This document shows, piece by piece, positions 1-10,400 of a stretch of 55,546 bases of DNA; positions within the stretch are counted from its first letter, which is position 1; each line of letters opens with the position of its first letter. The translations under genes and the position numbers were made by a program. The DNA is from a virus (Duplodnaviria > Caudoviricetes): positions 1-55,546 of the IMG/VR virus record IMGVR_UViG_3300005662_000001. The stretch is one strand, 5' to 3'. A model generated the notes under the pieces. That model worked only from the letters and a program-made list of their open reading frames with translations, made no database searches and was not told the origin of the DNA.

Positions 1-120
1 AACCGATTCGGTTATGTCTAAATCAAGGCGAATCTTCCTTGCAACCGATTCGGTATCAAGTGGGATTTCCTTCTCGCTCATGTAGTAAAGGTCAAGCAGG
101 CGTCGGTACGCCAAGTCCTC
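1..120. repeat. Terminal 120-bp direct repeat, left copy (circular assembly overlap)
   Basis: 1-120 is identical to 55427-55546; a CDS reads in frame across the junction. Confidence 0.95.
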
Positions 121-183
121 AGCATCAGACAGATGCACTGTGTGTGTGAGGTAGTCACCGATGTGAAATTTGTACCATATCAT
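1..183 (-). CDS. 5' part of YdaU/DUF1376-family replication initiator; continues across the junction at 55426 (212 aa in total)
   Basis: ATG at 183 overlaps the Cro-like stop (ATGA); reads MIWYKFHIGDYLTHTVHLSDAEDLAYRRLLDLYY, the typical DUF1376 N-terminus. Confidence 0.85.
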   Translation of the reverse strand, partial: MIWYKFHIGDYLTHTVHLSDAEDLAYRRLLDLYYMSEKEIPLDTESVARKIRLDLDITESV

Positions 184-392
184 TTCGCTGTCTTTCCAAA
201 GATGTCTGGGCGCAACTCCGCCCGCTTCACTTTCCTGCCTGTATGCAACTCAATGTCGCGTGCCAGTTCGGGACTAGGCAGTTGTCGCCCCGTAACAATC
301 AATGAAAACCACGTCTTGCTGATGCCCAGCTTGCGGGCTAACGCAATCTTCGTCCCCCTTGGTTTGTCCTGAAAATATTCGTTTAGAGTCAT
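180..392 (-). CDS. Cro/YdaS-like HTH transcriptional regulator
   Basis: 70 aa, KIALARKLGISKTWFS helix-turn-helix, C-terminal ELRPDIFG typical of YdaS/Cro; directly upstream of the YdaU-like gene. Confidence 0.85.
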   Translation of the reverse strand: MTLNEYFQDKPRGTKIALARKLGISKTWFSLIVTGRQLPSPELARDIELHTGRKVKRAELRPDIFGKTAK

Positions 393-416
393 CGGGTTCC
401 TTTCTTGGTTAAGCGG

Positions 417-445
417 ATGTTACACTAAAAAAAATTGTTGTGCAA
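417..445 (-). promoter_or_regulatory. Leftward sigma70-like promoter for the cro/replication operon
   Basis: Minus strand TTGCAC-17 nt-TAACAT in the AT-rich divergent gap. Confidence 0.6.
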
Positions 446-468
446 CGTCAGATTAAACATGATACACT
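438..468 (+). promoter_or_regulatory. Rightward promoter (extended -10) for the SSB/nuclease operon
   Basis: TGaTACACT at 460-468 with TTGTGC at 438-443; overlaps the leftward -35. Confidence 0.5.
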
Positions 469-496
469 ACGCCCAGTTTAACTTGAAAGCGAACAT

Positions 497-682
497 ATGA
501 CTAGCGAATACGAAATGCATCAACTGATGCTTGAGAGGCAACAAATGCTTGAGGAGGCTCTAGAACGGGCTGAGACAGGCGTTGCAACCGAGGACGACTG
601 GAACATCATCCGCCACGAGTGCGGACTGTCCAAGAGACCTATAGTGACTTTAGAAACTGTAACCCTAACTAGGAGCGAATGA
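497..682 (+). CDS. Hypothetical protein
   Basis: 61 aa, first gene of the plus operon, ATGA overlap with the next gene. Confidence 0.7.
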   Translation: MTSEYEMHQLMLERQQMLEEALERAETGVATEDDWNIIRHECGLSKRPIVTLETVTLTRSE

Positions 683-1338
683 TGGCTTTAATAGCGAAAG
701 AAAGCGGAGGCGGTGGTGGTGAATTTACCCCAGTGCCACAAGGAATGCACCTTGCACGGTGCTACCGAGTCATTGACTTGGGAACTCAAGAATCAACCTA
801 CCTTGGCACAGTCAAAAAACTGCCCAAAGTGATGTTGCAATTTGAGGTGCATGGAGAAGACGACGCGGGCAAGCCCATCGTCACAGCCAAGAATGAGCCT
901 ATGTCCATCAGCAAGAACTTCACGCTCTCGCTGGCTGAGATGGCTACTTTGCGCAAAGACCTGCAAACGTGGCGTGGTCGCGAGTTCACACCCGAAGAGT
1001 TGCGTGGCTTTGAACTCAAGAACGTGCTGGGCGCGTGGGCGATGATTTCGGTCATCAAGGCGATGGGAAACAACGGCAAGGAGTACACCAATGTTGCCGC
1101 CATCATGTCTGTACCCCCAGCAATCAAGAAGGCTGGGATGCCCCAAGGTCACAACGACTTGAAGTTGTTCTCAATTGACGAACCCGATATGGCGCTGTTT
1201 GACAGCTTCAGTAGCGGTTTAAAGGAGAAAATCCAAAAGTCGCCAGAGTGGCAGGGTCGAGGCGGTTCAAGCGCTCCAGCGCCCTCTAAAGCCCCTTCTA
1301 GTGGCTTTGACGACATGGACGACGACATCCCGTTCTGA
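679..1338 (+). CDS. Single-stranded DNA-binding/replication protein
   Basis: Beta-rich core (HLARCYRVIDLGTQ), flexible linker and SSB-type acidic tail DDMDDDIPF; AGGAG RBS. Confidence 0.75.
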   Translation: MMALIAKESGGGGGEFTPVPQGMHLARCYRVIDLGTQESTYLGTVKKLPKVMLQFEVHGEDDAGKPIVTAKNEPMSISKNFTLSLAEMATLRKDLQTWRGREFTPEELRGFELKNVLGAWAMISVIKAMGNNGKEYTNVAAIMSVPPAIKKAGMPQGHNDLKLFSIDEPDMALFDSFSSGLKEKIQKSPEWQGRGGSSAPAPSKAPSSGFDDMDDDIPF

Positions 1339-1340
1339 CC

Positions 1341-1718
1341 ATGAGGCTTATGCGTAACCAAAAAGCGGCGCACATTGATTTCTTTCAGTTCAAAGGAATG
1401 ATTGAAACCAATCCCAAGGCGACGCCCTGCGACATTGACATGATTTTTGAACGCAAGTGCAAATTCTTTGTCGGTGAGTGGAAGCGGGAAGGTGAAAGCA
1501 TCAGCCAAGGACAGGGGTTGCTTCTGCGCAATTTGGCAAGGCAACCCCAGTTCACGGTCGTCATCATCCAAGGCAACACGGACGGTGAGATGGTGGTCGA
1601 GAAGTTTGAGCAACTTTGTTCAGACGGTCGTTTTAGGGTGCGTGGCAAATCTGTTGATGACCTCAAAAAGTTTGTCACGCGCTGGTACAACTGGGCAGAC
1701 GCCCAAGAATTTCAATGA
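1341..1718 (+). CDS. Putative PD-(D/E)xK-fold protein
   Basis: PCDIDMIFE...FFVGEWK...ISQGQ resembles the D..ExK nuclease motif. Confidence 0.55.
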   Translation: MRLMRNQKAAHIDFFQFKGMIETNPKATPCDIDMIFERKCKFFVGEWKREGESISQGQGLLLRNLARQPQFTVVIIQGNTDGEMVVEKFEQLCSDGRFRVRGKSVDDLKKFVTRWYNWADAQEFQ

Positions 1719-1725
1719 GGAAAAA

Positions 1726-2496
1726 ATGTCACTAACAACCCCAGCAATACGCGCAAGCGAATCAAATCACTGGTACACCCGCGATGGTGCGCCACAGTAC
1801 ACCGTAGAGGCTAAGAAGGGCGGGCAACGCAACACCACTCTTCGTGACGCTCGTACAATGAACTTGGTTCCCAGTGTCACTACAATCCTCAACATCGCCG
1901 CGAAACCAGCCCTACTGGCTTGGATGCAACAGCAAGTGTTGTATGCGGCGTTAACGCTTCCCCGACGCCCCGACGAGCCTGAAAAGGAATACATCGACCG
2001 AATCATCAACGATTCCAAAGAGCAGGGTCGTGCGGCGGCGGACGCGGGAACAGACATCCATGCATCCATTCAAGGCTTTTATGAAGACAAACCAACAGGA
2101 AAACACCAGCAGAGTGTTGACGCCTGCTCTACGGCAATCAAAGAACATTTCGGAGACCAAATCTGGATTTCTGAGCGCTCATTCGCGCATGAAGCGGGTT
2201 TTGGAGGTAAGTGCGATTTATTTTGCGCTGGCTCCACAAACGTCGTCATTGACATCAAAACCAAAGAGTTCACCGACCCCGCAAAGGTTGATGGATACGA
2301 TGAACACCTCATGCAACTCTCGGCTTACCGAGTTGGTTTAGGCATCCCTCAAGCACGCGCCGCCAATGTCTTTGTGTCTCGCAACGTACCTGACCTTGTC
2401 GTGGTGCGCGAGTGGAGCGCAGAAGACCTTGACCGTGGCTGGGAGATGTTCCTGCACCTCCTGCAATTTTGGCAAATCAAAAACTCTCACAAATAA
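1726..2496 (+). CDS. PD-(D/E)xK exonuclease (Cas4/lambda-exo-like)
   Basis: PSVTTIL, GTDIH, E..GFGGKCD, IDIKT, QLSAY motifs; start moved to ATG 1726 after GAGG. Confidence 0.85.
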   Translation: MSLTTPAIRASESNHWYTRDGAPQYTVEAKKGGQRNTTLRDARTMNLVPSVTTILNIAAKPALLAWMQQQVLYAALTLPRRPDEPEKEYIDRIINDSKEQGRAAADAGTDIHASIQGFYEDKPTGKHQQSVDACSTAIKEHFGDQIWISERSFAHEAGFGGKCDLFCAGSTNVVIDIKTKEFTDPAKVDGYDEHLMQLSAYRVGLGIPQARAANVFVSRNVPDLVVVREWSAEDLDRGWEMFLHLLQFWQIKNSHK

Positions 2497-2499
2497 GGA

Positions 2500-2727
2500 A
2501 TGAAAATGTTAAGCGAAGAAACAGTCAAACAAATCTTCTTCCAAAGCGACCGCCCCCGCAAAGACCCACTCATGGCGGATGAGGTAGACATCATGCAGTT
2601 TGCGCACAACATTGAGTTGTATGTGGCTGTGGAGTACGCACGCAAAGAACACGCACGTTGCGTGGAGATTGTCAAAGACATGAACCGCGCAGTTGGCGAG
2701 GCTTTGGACAACCAACGACCAGCATAA
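2500..2727 (+). CDS. Hypothetical protein
   Basis: 75 aa, last gene of the plus operon, AAGGA RBS. Confidence 0.7.
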   Translation: MKMLSEETVKQIFFQSDRPRKDPLMADEVDIMQFAHNIELYVAVEYARKEHARCVEIVKDMNRAVGEALDNQRPA

Positions 2728-2752
2728 AAAAAGCCCCCCAATTAAGGGGGGC
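2726..2752 (-). terminator. Intrinsic terminator ending the late operon at the convergence point
   Basis: GCCCCCC-TTAATT-GGGGGGC hairpin followed by a T-run on the minus strand. Confidence 0.8.
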
Positions 2753-2782
2753 AAAGAAGGAGAGCGGCAACTGCTCCTTAAA

Positions 2783-4642
2783 TCACTCTTCGGGCGGACG
2801 GTCTTTCAACAGACGTCTGCCCAATTCATATGTACCTAGACCAAGCCCGCCAAGCACGCCAGTGCCTCGCACCTTGGACATTGTTTTGCCCGCTGGGGGT
2901 AGCACAGCCGCCGCCGCCGCGCCAGCCTCCAGAGCCTTTAAAACGCCTTCGCTGGTATCGCCAGCTTTGAACCGCGCCAAGGCTTCTTGGTAACTCATCA
3001 CGCCAAGGTAACCAGCGCCAGCACCAACCCCAACCCGTGGCAACGCGCCCATCTTGGCGGAGCCTGCACCTACGTTTTGGAGAACGCGCCCTGCGGCGTT
3101 TGGTTGTTCTTGCGCACGCGCCAGTTTTCGACGAGCAACCTCTGCGTCTGTCTCAGCTTTGGTAAGCGCTTTTTGAAGGGGAGCCACCGCTTTAGTCTGC
3201 CCAGCAATAATGTTGTGTCGCTGACCAACTCGCGCACGCTCTTGACGCAAACGCTCCAACTCAGCCTCGTGAACCATTCGCTCAATCTCCAATCGACGGG
3301 CTTGCGTCTCTTGTTGAATGCGTTGCGATTCAGCTTGACGCTCTAACTCAGCTTGGCTTTCTTTCGTTTGACGGTCTATGTCAGCTTGACGCTCCGCTAC
3401 TGTAGTTGGGGGCAGTTGCAGTTGCACGCCACCCTCAGTGGTTACCAAGCCAAAGTCGCCAGCGCCAAGTTGTTTGATTTTTTCTAAGTTTGCAAGGTCT
3501 TGGTCAATCAAAGCCTTGCCACCTGTTGGGCTGTCTTTTGATTTTCCTGTGGCTACATCAAGAATGGCTTCAGGCAACTGATGCTGTTGACCAGCTTCTT
3601 GAATCATCCAATTTCTTGTGCCTGAGTCGCCTTCGATTTTTGGGCCACTTGCCCGACCCTCACGAGTCACTTGCGGAAAAGGCGACGATGGCGCAGGCGT
3701 CTCAACTACAGGTGCAGTTCTAGGCAATCCCCTCAACCGCTCTTGAGCCAGACGCTGTTCGTTTTTGAGACGCTCAAGTTCACTTTGACTTTGCCTAAAG
3801 GCATCCTCAAGGTTTTCCGTGCCTTGTGGAACGGCGCTCTCCAAATTAAGACGAGCCAACTCCAACTTATCTTGAGCGGTAAGGTTTGCCTCTTTTGCTT
3901 TTCCAGTGTCGACTTTTACCGCCATTTCTGGTTTAGTCATGGGCGGAAACAACAAATTGGTTATTGCTCCAGCACCAGCGCCAATGTCAGGGGCAGTGAG
4001 TCCACCTTGCTGGTCTTCTGGGTTTGCTTCTGGTTTTTTGTTTTTTGCCGCCTCTTCTTGCTCACGCTTGAACTTTGAAGACTCTGATTCGTAATTTGCA
4101 AAAGGGCTTTCGTCTTTTGAAGCCTCCTCCCCGCTGACTGGAATTAAGCCCGTCTCTTTGTCGTCATCAAGATTAAAATTCTTAGACACGCGCAAAGAAT
4201 AGTTGTGAGTCTCTTGAGGCAAAGACATGATAGCTTTGTCTGGGTCTGCCTCGTACGACTTCATAAAAGTTGCCACCGCTCTTGGGCTGGCGTTATACAG
4301 CGCTACCGCATTGCGTGGGCTTTTGTATGTGGTCAACAAGTCTTTGAGAATGGCAACGCCACCCTTGATGTTGCTATCCTCGTCATCAGGATTGATGTCA
4401 AGTTTGTATTTTTTGTTGTACAACTCTGCCGTGTTAGGCATGATTTGCATGACGCCCTTTGCTCCAGCAGGCGAGGTCAAAACGCCGTCCTTGCCATAGT
4501 GAGTAAACTTCCCACCAGTTTCAGCTTCTGCAATAGCAATCGCTAAAGCAGGGTTGACGCCTTGACGCTCCGCCTCCTTAGCAATCTTCTCCACCATGCT
4601 GAACTGGGCTGGAGACAACTTCATCAGTTTTGCGTCATCCAT
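2783..4642 (-). CDS. Internal virion/ejection protein with N-terminal lytic transglycosylase (SLT) domain
   Basis: AIAEAETGG, SPAGAKGVMQIMP, NIKGG, ALYNA SLT motifs, then coiled coil and a Gly/Ala hydrophobic C-terminus. Confidence 0.85.
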   Translation of the reverse strand: MDDAKLMKLSPAQFSMVEKIAKEAERQGVNPALAIAIAEAETGGKFTHYGKDGVLTSPAGAKGVMQIMPNTAELYNKKYKLDINPDDEDSNIKGGVAILKDLLTTYKSPRNAVALYNASPRAVATFMKSYEADPDKAIMSLPQETHNYSLRVSKNFNLDDDKETGLIPVSGEEASKDESPFANYESESSKFKREQEEAAKNKKPEANPEDQQGGLTAPDIGAGAGAITNLLFPPMTKPEMAVKVDTGKAKEANLTAQDKLELARLNLESAVPQGTENLEDAFRQSQSELERLKNEQRLAQERLRGLPRTAPVVETPAPSSPFPQVTREGRASGPKIEGDSGTRNWMIQEAGQQHQLPEAILDVATGKSKDSPTGGKALIDQDLANLEKIKQLGAGDFGLVTTEGGVQLQLPPTTVAERQADIDRQTKESQAELERQAESQRIQQETQARRLEIERMVHEAELERLRQERARVGQRHNIIAGQTKAVAPLQKALTKAETDAEVARRKLARAQEQPNAAGRVLQNVGAGSAKMGALPRVGVGAGAGYLGVMSYQEALARFKAGDTSEGVLKALEAGAAAAAVLPPAGKTMSKVRGTGVLGGLGLGTYELGRRLLKDRPPEE

Positions 4643-6494
4643 TTGTTTTTCCTTTTGCTTCACGTTCTTTTTTCAAACGCTCTAAGCGCTGAGAGTACGT
4701 TTCGTTCTTTGGAGGCTCTTCCGTAGGAATTGGAGTAGGCGTCACTGGCTTAGGTGGAGCGCTGGGAGCCGTTGCAGGCTTAGGTGGAGCCGAAGGAGCG
4801 GGAGGTGCGGAAGCCGCTGGTGTTTTCTCTTTTTTCTTTGGAGACAACAAGTCCAAGTTTTCTTCACGCACGCGGTCAAGCAACTTGCGGTAATCCGCTT
4901 TGATTGCTTTGTAGTCATCGTCAACAAGGAAGTCGTTATAGGTGTACCCAGACTGCTTGCTTTTTTGGTTCCACAGTTTGAAGCGTTCCTCGTCAAACAT
5001 ACCTTGCATCTTGAGGGCGTCAGACTTTAGAATGATGGCGCGTTGGCTGTCAGACGGCAACGCATAGATGCCACCCAACAGTTTGGTTTCGTAGTCAGAG
5101 GTGGAGCCTTCGCCCGGTGTCCTATTCAACTGACGACCACGCGATTGCAACTGTGCGCTCTTCTGCATGAACATCTGCAACGCAGTCAAGTCGTTGCCGC
5201 CAAGTTCGTACTGCTTGATAGTGCTGGCAGGAAGGTTGATGTTGAAGTTTCCAACATTCACGCCCTCTTGCACAGCGCGTGCAACAGCGTTAGCAAGACC
5301 GGGGCGGTTCATAATGTCAAACACCAACGGATTGTTCTTGGCATACCCAATCATGTCATTGGCAATGTTGCTGTTCTCAAACGCCGCCTCAGCTTGCAAG
5401 CCCAGACGTGAAGCCATTTTTTCAGCGGCTTCAGCGCGACCAGCCGCAGTCTTAGTTGCAGTTTCTTTTTCCGCTTCAATTTCAGTTTGAGATTTAGAGC
5501 GAGGAATTGGTTCTGACGTTTCCCCAGCTTTAGGAATTTTGCGACCACGCACTTGCTCAGGGTCAAGCCAACCTTTACTGTCGTAAAAAGAAAGTAGCTT
5601 TTGCTCGTCTCCATCAGAGAAGTATTGCTTGAGAGCCGCGTCGTACTCTTTTCGCTGTGCGTAGGTCATGTCTCGCTCAGTGCGAGTTCCGCGAGGGGTG
5701 ACTTTAGTTGTTGACTGTTGCAATTTCTCTTGTTCAATGCCCAACTTCTCGCGTTCAATGCGGTTCTTCTCTTCACCCTCTTGAGCCTTGCGAATTTCTG
5801 TCAAAGTTGGAAGCATTTTTGGCGCAACGCGACTTGCCAACAACAACACTTCATCAGTGATTGGAATGCGTCCCTGACGAGCGGCAATCAACACCTGCTC
5901 AGACTTTGGCGCGGTAGCAACGTCGACGGGCGAAGCAGTGCCGGGGACTCTCAGCCCCCCAGTTGGTGTAGCCACAGCACCACCAGCAGGTGCAGGTGCA
6001 GTGCTAGGCTGTGCGCCACCGAGCAATGTGCTGATTAACTGGTCGCCACCCAACTGTTGGCGAAACTCTTGCTCTTTTGTGGCAAGTTCCATCTCCAGCT
6101 TCTGATTCTCTCGCTGGTGAAGCAATTCGCGCTCTGCGGCTGAACCTGCGTTCTCTGCGGCATACCCCAAGGACTCGCCAAAAGAACCCGTCTTGGTGGG
6201 TTTTAAGAAGCCTGCGGCGGTCTGCATCAAGACAGGGTCAAACAACCTGCTCTTGCGTGCGTCCAAACCCTCTCGGAGTCGCTGAAGAGTTTCGTTCATC
6301 TTCTCGCGTTGCTCTCCAAGGTCGTCAACAATCGTTTCTTTTAACCCAGTCGGTTGCGACTTGGTTATTTCTTCGAGGTTTTCAGCTTGTACCGCGCCCG
6401 CGTCAAACTTACTCCCAGCCTGATTTGGTGCGGCGGGGGGTCTTGCTTGAGCGGCGGAGGCTTGACCCAAACCACCTTGTGTTGGAATTGCCAT
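4635..6494 (-). CDS. Internal virion/ejection protein
   Basis: 619 aa, helical, Q/E/A-rich with Pro-rich tail; position next to the SLT protein. Confidence 0.65.
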   Translation of the reverse strand: MAIPTQGGLGQASAAQARPPAAPNQAGSKFDAGAVQAENLEEITKSQPTGLKETIVDDLGEQREKMNETLQRLREGLDARKSRLFDPVLMQTAAGFLKPTKTGSFGESLGYAAENAGSAAERELLHQRENQKLEMELATKEQEFRQQLGGDQLISTLLGGAQPSTAPAPAGGAVATPTGGLRVPGTASPVDVATAPKSEQVLIAARQGRIPITDEVLLLASRVAPKMLPTLTEIRKAQEGEEKNRIEREKLGIEQEKLQQSTTKVTPRGTRTERDMTYAQRKEYDAALKQYFSDGDEQKLLSFYDSKGWLDPEQVRGRKIPKAGETSEPIPRSKSQTEIEAEKETATKTAAGRAEAAEKMASRLGLQAEAAFENSNIANDMIGYAKNNPLVFDIMNRPGLANAVARAVQEGVNVGNFNINLPASTIKQYELGGNDLTALQMFMQKSAQLQSRGRQLNRTPGEGSTSDYETKLLGGIYALPSDSQRAIILKSDALKMQGMFDEERFKLWNQKSKQSGYTYNDFLVDDDYKAIKADYRKLLDRVREENLDLLSPKKKEKTPAASAPPAPSAPPKPATAPSAPPKPVTPTPIPTEEPPKNETYSQRLERLKKEREAKGKTNG

Positions 6495-6497
6495 TCT

Positions 6498-7466
6498 TTA
6501 CCCCACTAAGTTGCCATCGGCATCGTAAAAATTACCCTTGCCATCGTGATATTCTGCGCCAGAAGGAGCCATTCCGCCATTGGCAAGACGTACCCCGCCA
6601 CCTTGAGCCTTGCGCATAACGCCACCATTTTTCTTGACCGCTGACTGAGGAACACCGTATAGCGCGGCAACCAAAGAACCCAAGCCAGCAATTTGAGACA
6701 GCGGGCTGTTGGAGTAACCCTCAGAGCCAGTCGCTTGCGTGGTTGTACCCATAGGCATTTGATAGCCTTGAAGCAACTTAGCGAACTGCTGAGTCTGAGC
6801 CATTGGGTAATCAAGCAACTTCTGACCTTGAGCCTGCTGTTGAGCGCCATAGTCAGCCATAGTCTTTAGACCAGCGATGCCCATGCCCTGTTGGGCTTGA
6901 CCTAAGTTCTCGAAGGCTTGACCAGCGTTAAGGGCGCGGGACAAGTCCGCTTGAGCCTGAGTGCCAGCAGTCGTATAACCCTGCTGGAGCGCCTGCATCT
7001 GCTTGCCAAGCAAGTCAGATTGGATGTCACGCAAAGCGTTTCCAGTAACTTGAGACTGACGACGTGAGCCAAACTGACCAGAGCCAACAGCCGCCGCGCC
7101 AAGGTTTGGCAGGATGTTTTCTTGTACGTTCCGTTGAGTCAAGCGCCCCATCTCGTCTACAACTGCGGACTGATAGGGATTCATGTAGTCAGCAATGACG
7201 TCAGGAACGGTTGTAGCGCCCGCCTCGCCCAGCAATTGGGATGACGCACCCATAGACCCAGCGCCAGCAAACGCGACGTCTGGAGCCATCTGGAAGGCTT
7301 GCTGTTGCAAAGGACTAAAGCCAGCAATACCGCCCTGTTGGACAGCGTTCTGACCTAAGTTGGCAATGTCTTGCAGGTAGTTCGTGTAAAACTCTGGAGC
7401 CGTCTGCTGGGCTTCCGTCGTCTTGGTAATCGCGGGTAGTGGGTCACCCTGAAATAAGCCAGCCAT
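6498..7466 (-). CDS. Ejection (DNA pilot-like) protein
   Basis: Q/G/A-rich, YMNPY..VV and FGSRR motifs common in podovirus pilot proteins. Confidence 0.65.
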   Translation of the reverse strand: MAGLFQGDPLPAITKTTEAQQTAPEFYTNYLQDIANLGQNAVQQGGIAGFSPLQQQAFQMAPDVAFAGAGSMGASSQLLGEAGATTVPDVIADYMNPYQSAVVDEMGRLTQRNVQENILPNLGAAAVGSGQFGSRRQSQVTGNALRDIQSDLLGKQMQALQQGYTTAGTQAQADLSRALNAGQAFENLGQAQQGMGIAGLKTMADYGAQQQAQGQKLLDYPMAQTQQFAKLLQGYQMPMGTTTQATGSEGYSNSPLSQIAGLGSLVAALYGVPQSAVKKNGGVMRKAQGGGVRLANGGMAPSGAEYHDGKGNFYDADGNLVG

Positions 7467-10400
7467 TATTTTGCTCCTTTGAGATACGAGGTCAACGCCT
7501 TAGTCTTGGGCGGAATCTTATTGATTGGGGCAGAGCGCTTATGGGCGCGGATGCCCTCGCGGAACTTATCCAGAGCCTGTGCGCCTGCCTTGGTTGAGCC
7601 GTTGCCAATTTGCGCTACGGTCTCAGCATCAATCACATACTCACCATCCGCCAGCATAGCTGGGATGTCGTCGGACTGTCCATCGCCCTCTCCATGCACA
7701 GCGGAACCCTTGCGGAAGTCCATTCGACCTTGCACTAGCGGGACGTTGGAAACGTGGGGCAATCCGCCCTTACGCATTGGAGGAGGCATACCTTGTTGCT
7801 GAGGCATCATGCCCTGCTGGGGCATACCCTGCGGAGCCTGTTGTGCCATCTGCGGAGGCATTTGCTGTGGCAAGCCTTGTTGTTGCATCTGCTGAGGCGG
7901 TTTCTGCTGACCAATCTGAGGCATCTGCTGTTGAGGATTCATTGGGGGTTGCGGACGCATACCCAAGTTTGCCAAGATGTCAGCGGGTTGACCAAAGGTG
8001 TAGTACGAGGAGACGGGGGTCGACATGGACGACAAGCCACCAGAAGCCATTGCTGGCTCTTCGGCAACCTCTTCAGTGGGGACTTCTTCGTAACCGTAGT
8101 CGCCTTCGTTCACGGGGTTGTAGCCCGGTGCGTTTAAATTCCGCAACAACTCTTCGTTTGGCGTGTAGTCGTTAGCGTCAGTGCCGTAATCCTCGTAGCC
8201 AACAAAGTTTGTCGGGCCAATCCCAAAGTCAGTTGTGCGTGGGTTAATGATGCCTACCTGCGACATATCCACGCCTTGGTTTTGCGCACCACTGCCACCG
8301 CCACCAAAGTCGCTACCAAGCAACGAGGCTATCAAAGCACCCGCACCAGCGGCTCCTGCGGTTGTTCCAAGTGCGCCAGTCAGAGTGTTCAAGAAGTCAG
8401 AGTCAAGACCCCCTGTAGGGGCATCTGGGACTTCCGCCGCACGGTATAGGACGCCGTTTTTAAATACGTTGCCCGCCGCATCTGTTTCGTATCTGTCTTT
8501 TTTGGTGCTTGCAGTTCCGCTACCTACGTTGGCAATTGATTTAATTTCTTCTGGAACATCAGCGGCGCGATAAAACTCACCATTTTTAAAGACGTTGCCC
8601 AAAGAGTCAGTGTCGTAATAGTCCTCTGTGGGATTTGTTGAATAACTGTAATCAGGGCTGACGTTGGTGATTGCACCAGTGTTTGGGTCAGTTGAGTACA
8701 TATACTCATCAGTCATCATGTCGTAGGTATAGTTCCCAATGGTGTATGTGCCATCGCCATTGTCAACATATGAATCATTTGAACTTGAACTAGCCATAGC
8801 AACTGGGGTAGACCTCAAATAAGAATTGTTTACAGGGCCACTCTGTGAATACAAAGATTCATCACCAGTCAAAGATGGGTCATCGTATTCGCCATAGTTG
8901 TAGCTGACGTTCTGCCAATCTTGAACTTCTTCGCCAGTGTCAGAGTATCCGCCGTCCTCAAAACGAGGAACTCCGCCTTTTTTCATCATAGTAATCAAGC
9001 CCCCTTTTGCGCCATAGTCAATGTCGCTATAGTCAGTGTCATCGTAGGCGTAAACAGCATCGTCGGTGTAGTCCGATGAATCGTTGTAGATGTCGTAATT
9101 TGTATCGTCTCCAGCAAGAACTGTGTCGTCAAGTGAAGACCAATAGTCGTCGTAATTGAAATCAGTGTTCCACTCACCGTTGTCAGCCATTGTCCATACA
9201 GCGCCAGTGTCTGGGTCTGTATAGGTGTTGTCGGCATAAGCAGTGTCGTCTGTATAGGTGTCTGTATATTCAGAACCGTCAGCGTAGTATGCCAAGTCAT
9301 ACCCACCATCAGCATTCATGGTGTAGTAGTTGCCTTCATCGTCTTGATAGTACGTTGCGTCCGCAACAGTGGTGTCGTCACCAACAACGGTCTCATCTAC
9401 ATTTTCGGCAACGGTAGTGTCGCCAGTAACGCTACCAAGACCACGAGTTCCGCCACCAGTAGTTACTTCAGAGTCATCACCCCCACTAGCAACGGTGGTG
9501 TCGGTGGAGCCACCCGCAACAGTAATATTCCCGTCAGCGTCAGTGGTGTACAGAACAGAGTCATTCTCCATGCTGTAGGTTGTGTTGCCGATGGTGTACG
9601 TCCCATCCCCGTTGTCCGTCATAACATCAACGCCGCCTTCCGCGTTTTCGCGGTACAGGGGCATATTTGTTTCCATGTCAAAAGTTGTGCCATTGACGGT
9701 GTAGGTTCCATCACCGTTATCAATAGAGCCTTCAGGCAAGCCCAGTGACTCATCAGCAGGCGTGCCTTTATAAATATCAGTTGCTGAAGGCAAAGTGCTT
9801 GACCCGCCAACAGGAGGTTTGACCACGCTGGTTGGTGGCTTTGTTCCGCCAGCAGGTGGCTTGGCAGTTGAGCCAGCGGGTGACTTTGGCGTTACAGGAG
9901 CCTTTGGGACGGTAGAGCCAGCAGGGGGTTTTACTGTAGAGCCAGCAGGAGGCTTGACAGTGCCGCCAGCAGGTTGTTTTGTGCCGCCAGAGACAACAGG
10001 CTTGCCCGTAATCTTGTCAATAATTAACTTTGTCCCAGCACCAAGCGCCGCGCCCGTGAGCGCGTTTACCACCTTGTTGGTGGTGGTGTTTGTGTTTGTT
10101 TTTGTTGGCGTGACAGTCGGTTTTTTTACAACAGACGTAGGTGTTGTTTTTGTTGTTGGTGTAGTTGTGGTTTTTGTCGTGACTGCTGGTTTTGTGGTGA
10201 CAGCAGGCTTGGTTGTCGTTGTTGGCTTAGTTGTGGTTGTCGGTTTAGTTGTAACCGCAGGTTTAGTCGCAACCGTCGGCTTTGTGGTCAACGGTTTTGT
10301 AGTTGTGGCTGGTTTGGTCGTAACCGCAGGTTTTGTAATTGCAGGCTTAGTCGTAGACGTCAGCGTTGGTTTTGTAATTGGCGATAAAGATGGCGACGTA

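Noticed and set aside
1-120. Physical direct terminal repeat of the virion DNA
   Set aside because: It is exact, k-mer sized and falls mid-gene, so a circular assembly overlap is more likely; read-end pile-ups would decide
1447-1725. N-terminal extension of the exonuclease
   Set aside because: Overlaps 1341-1718; ATG 1726 has an RBS
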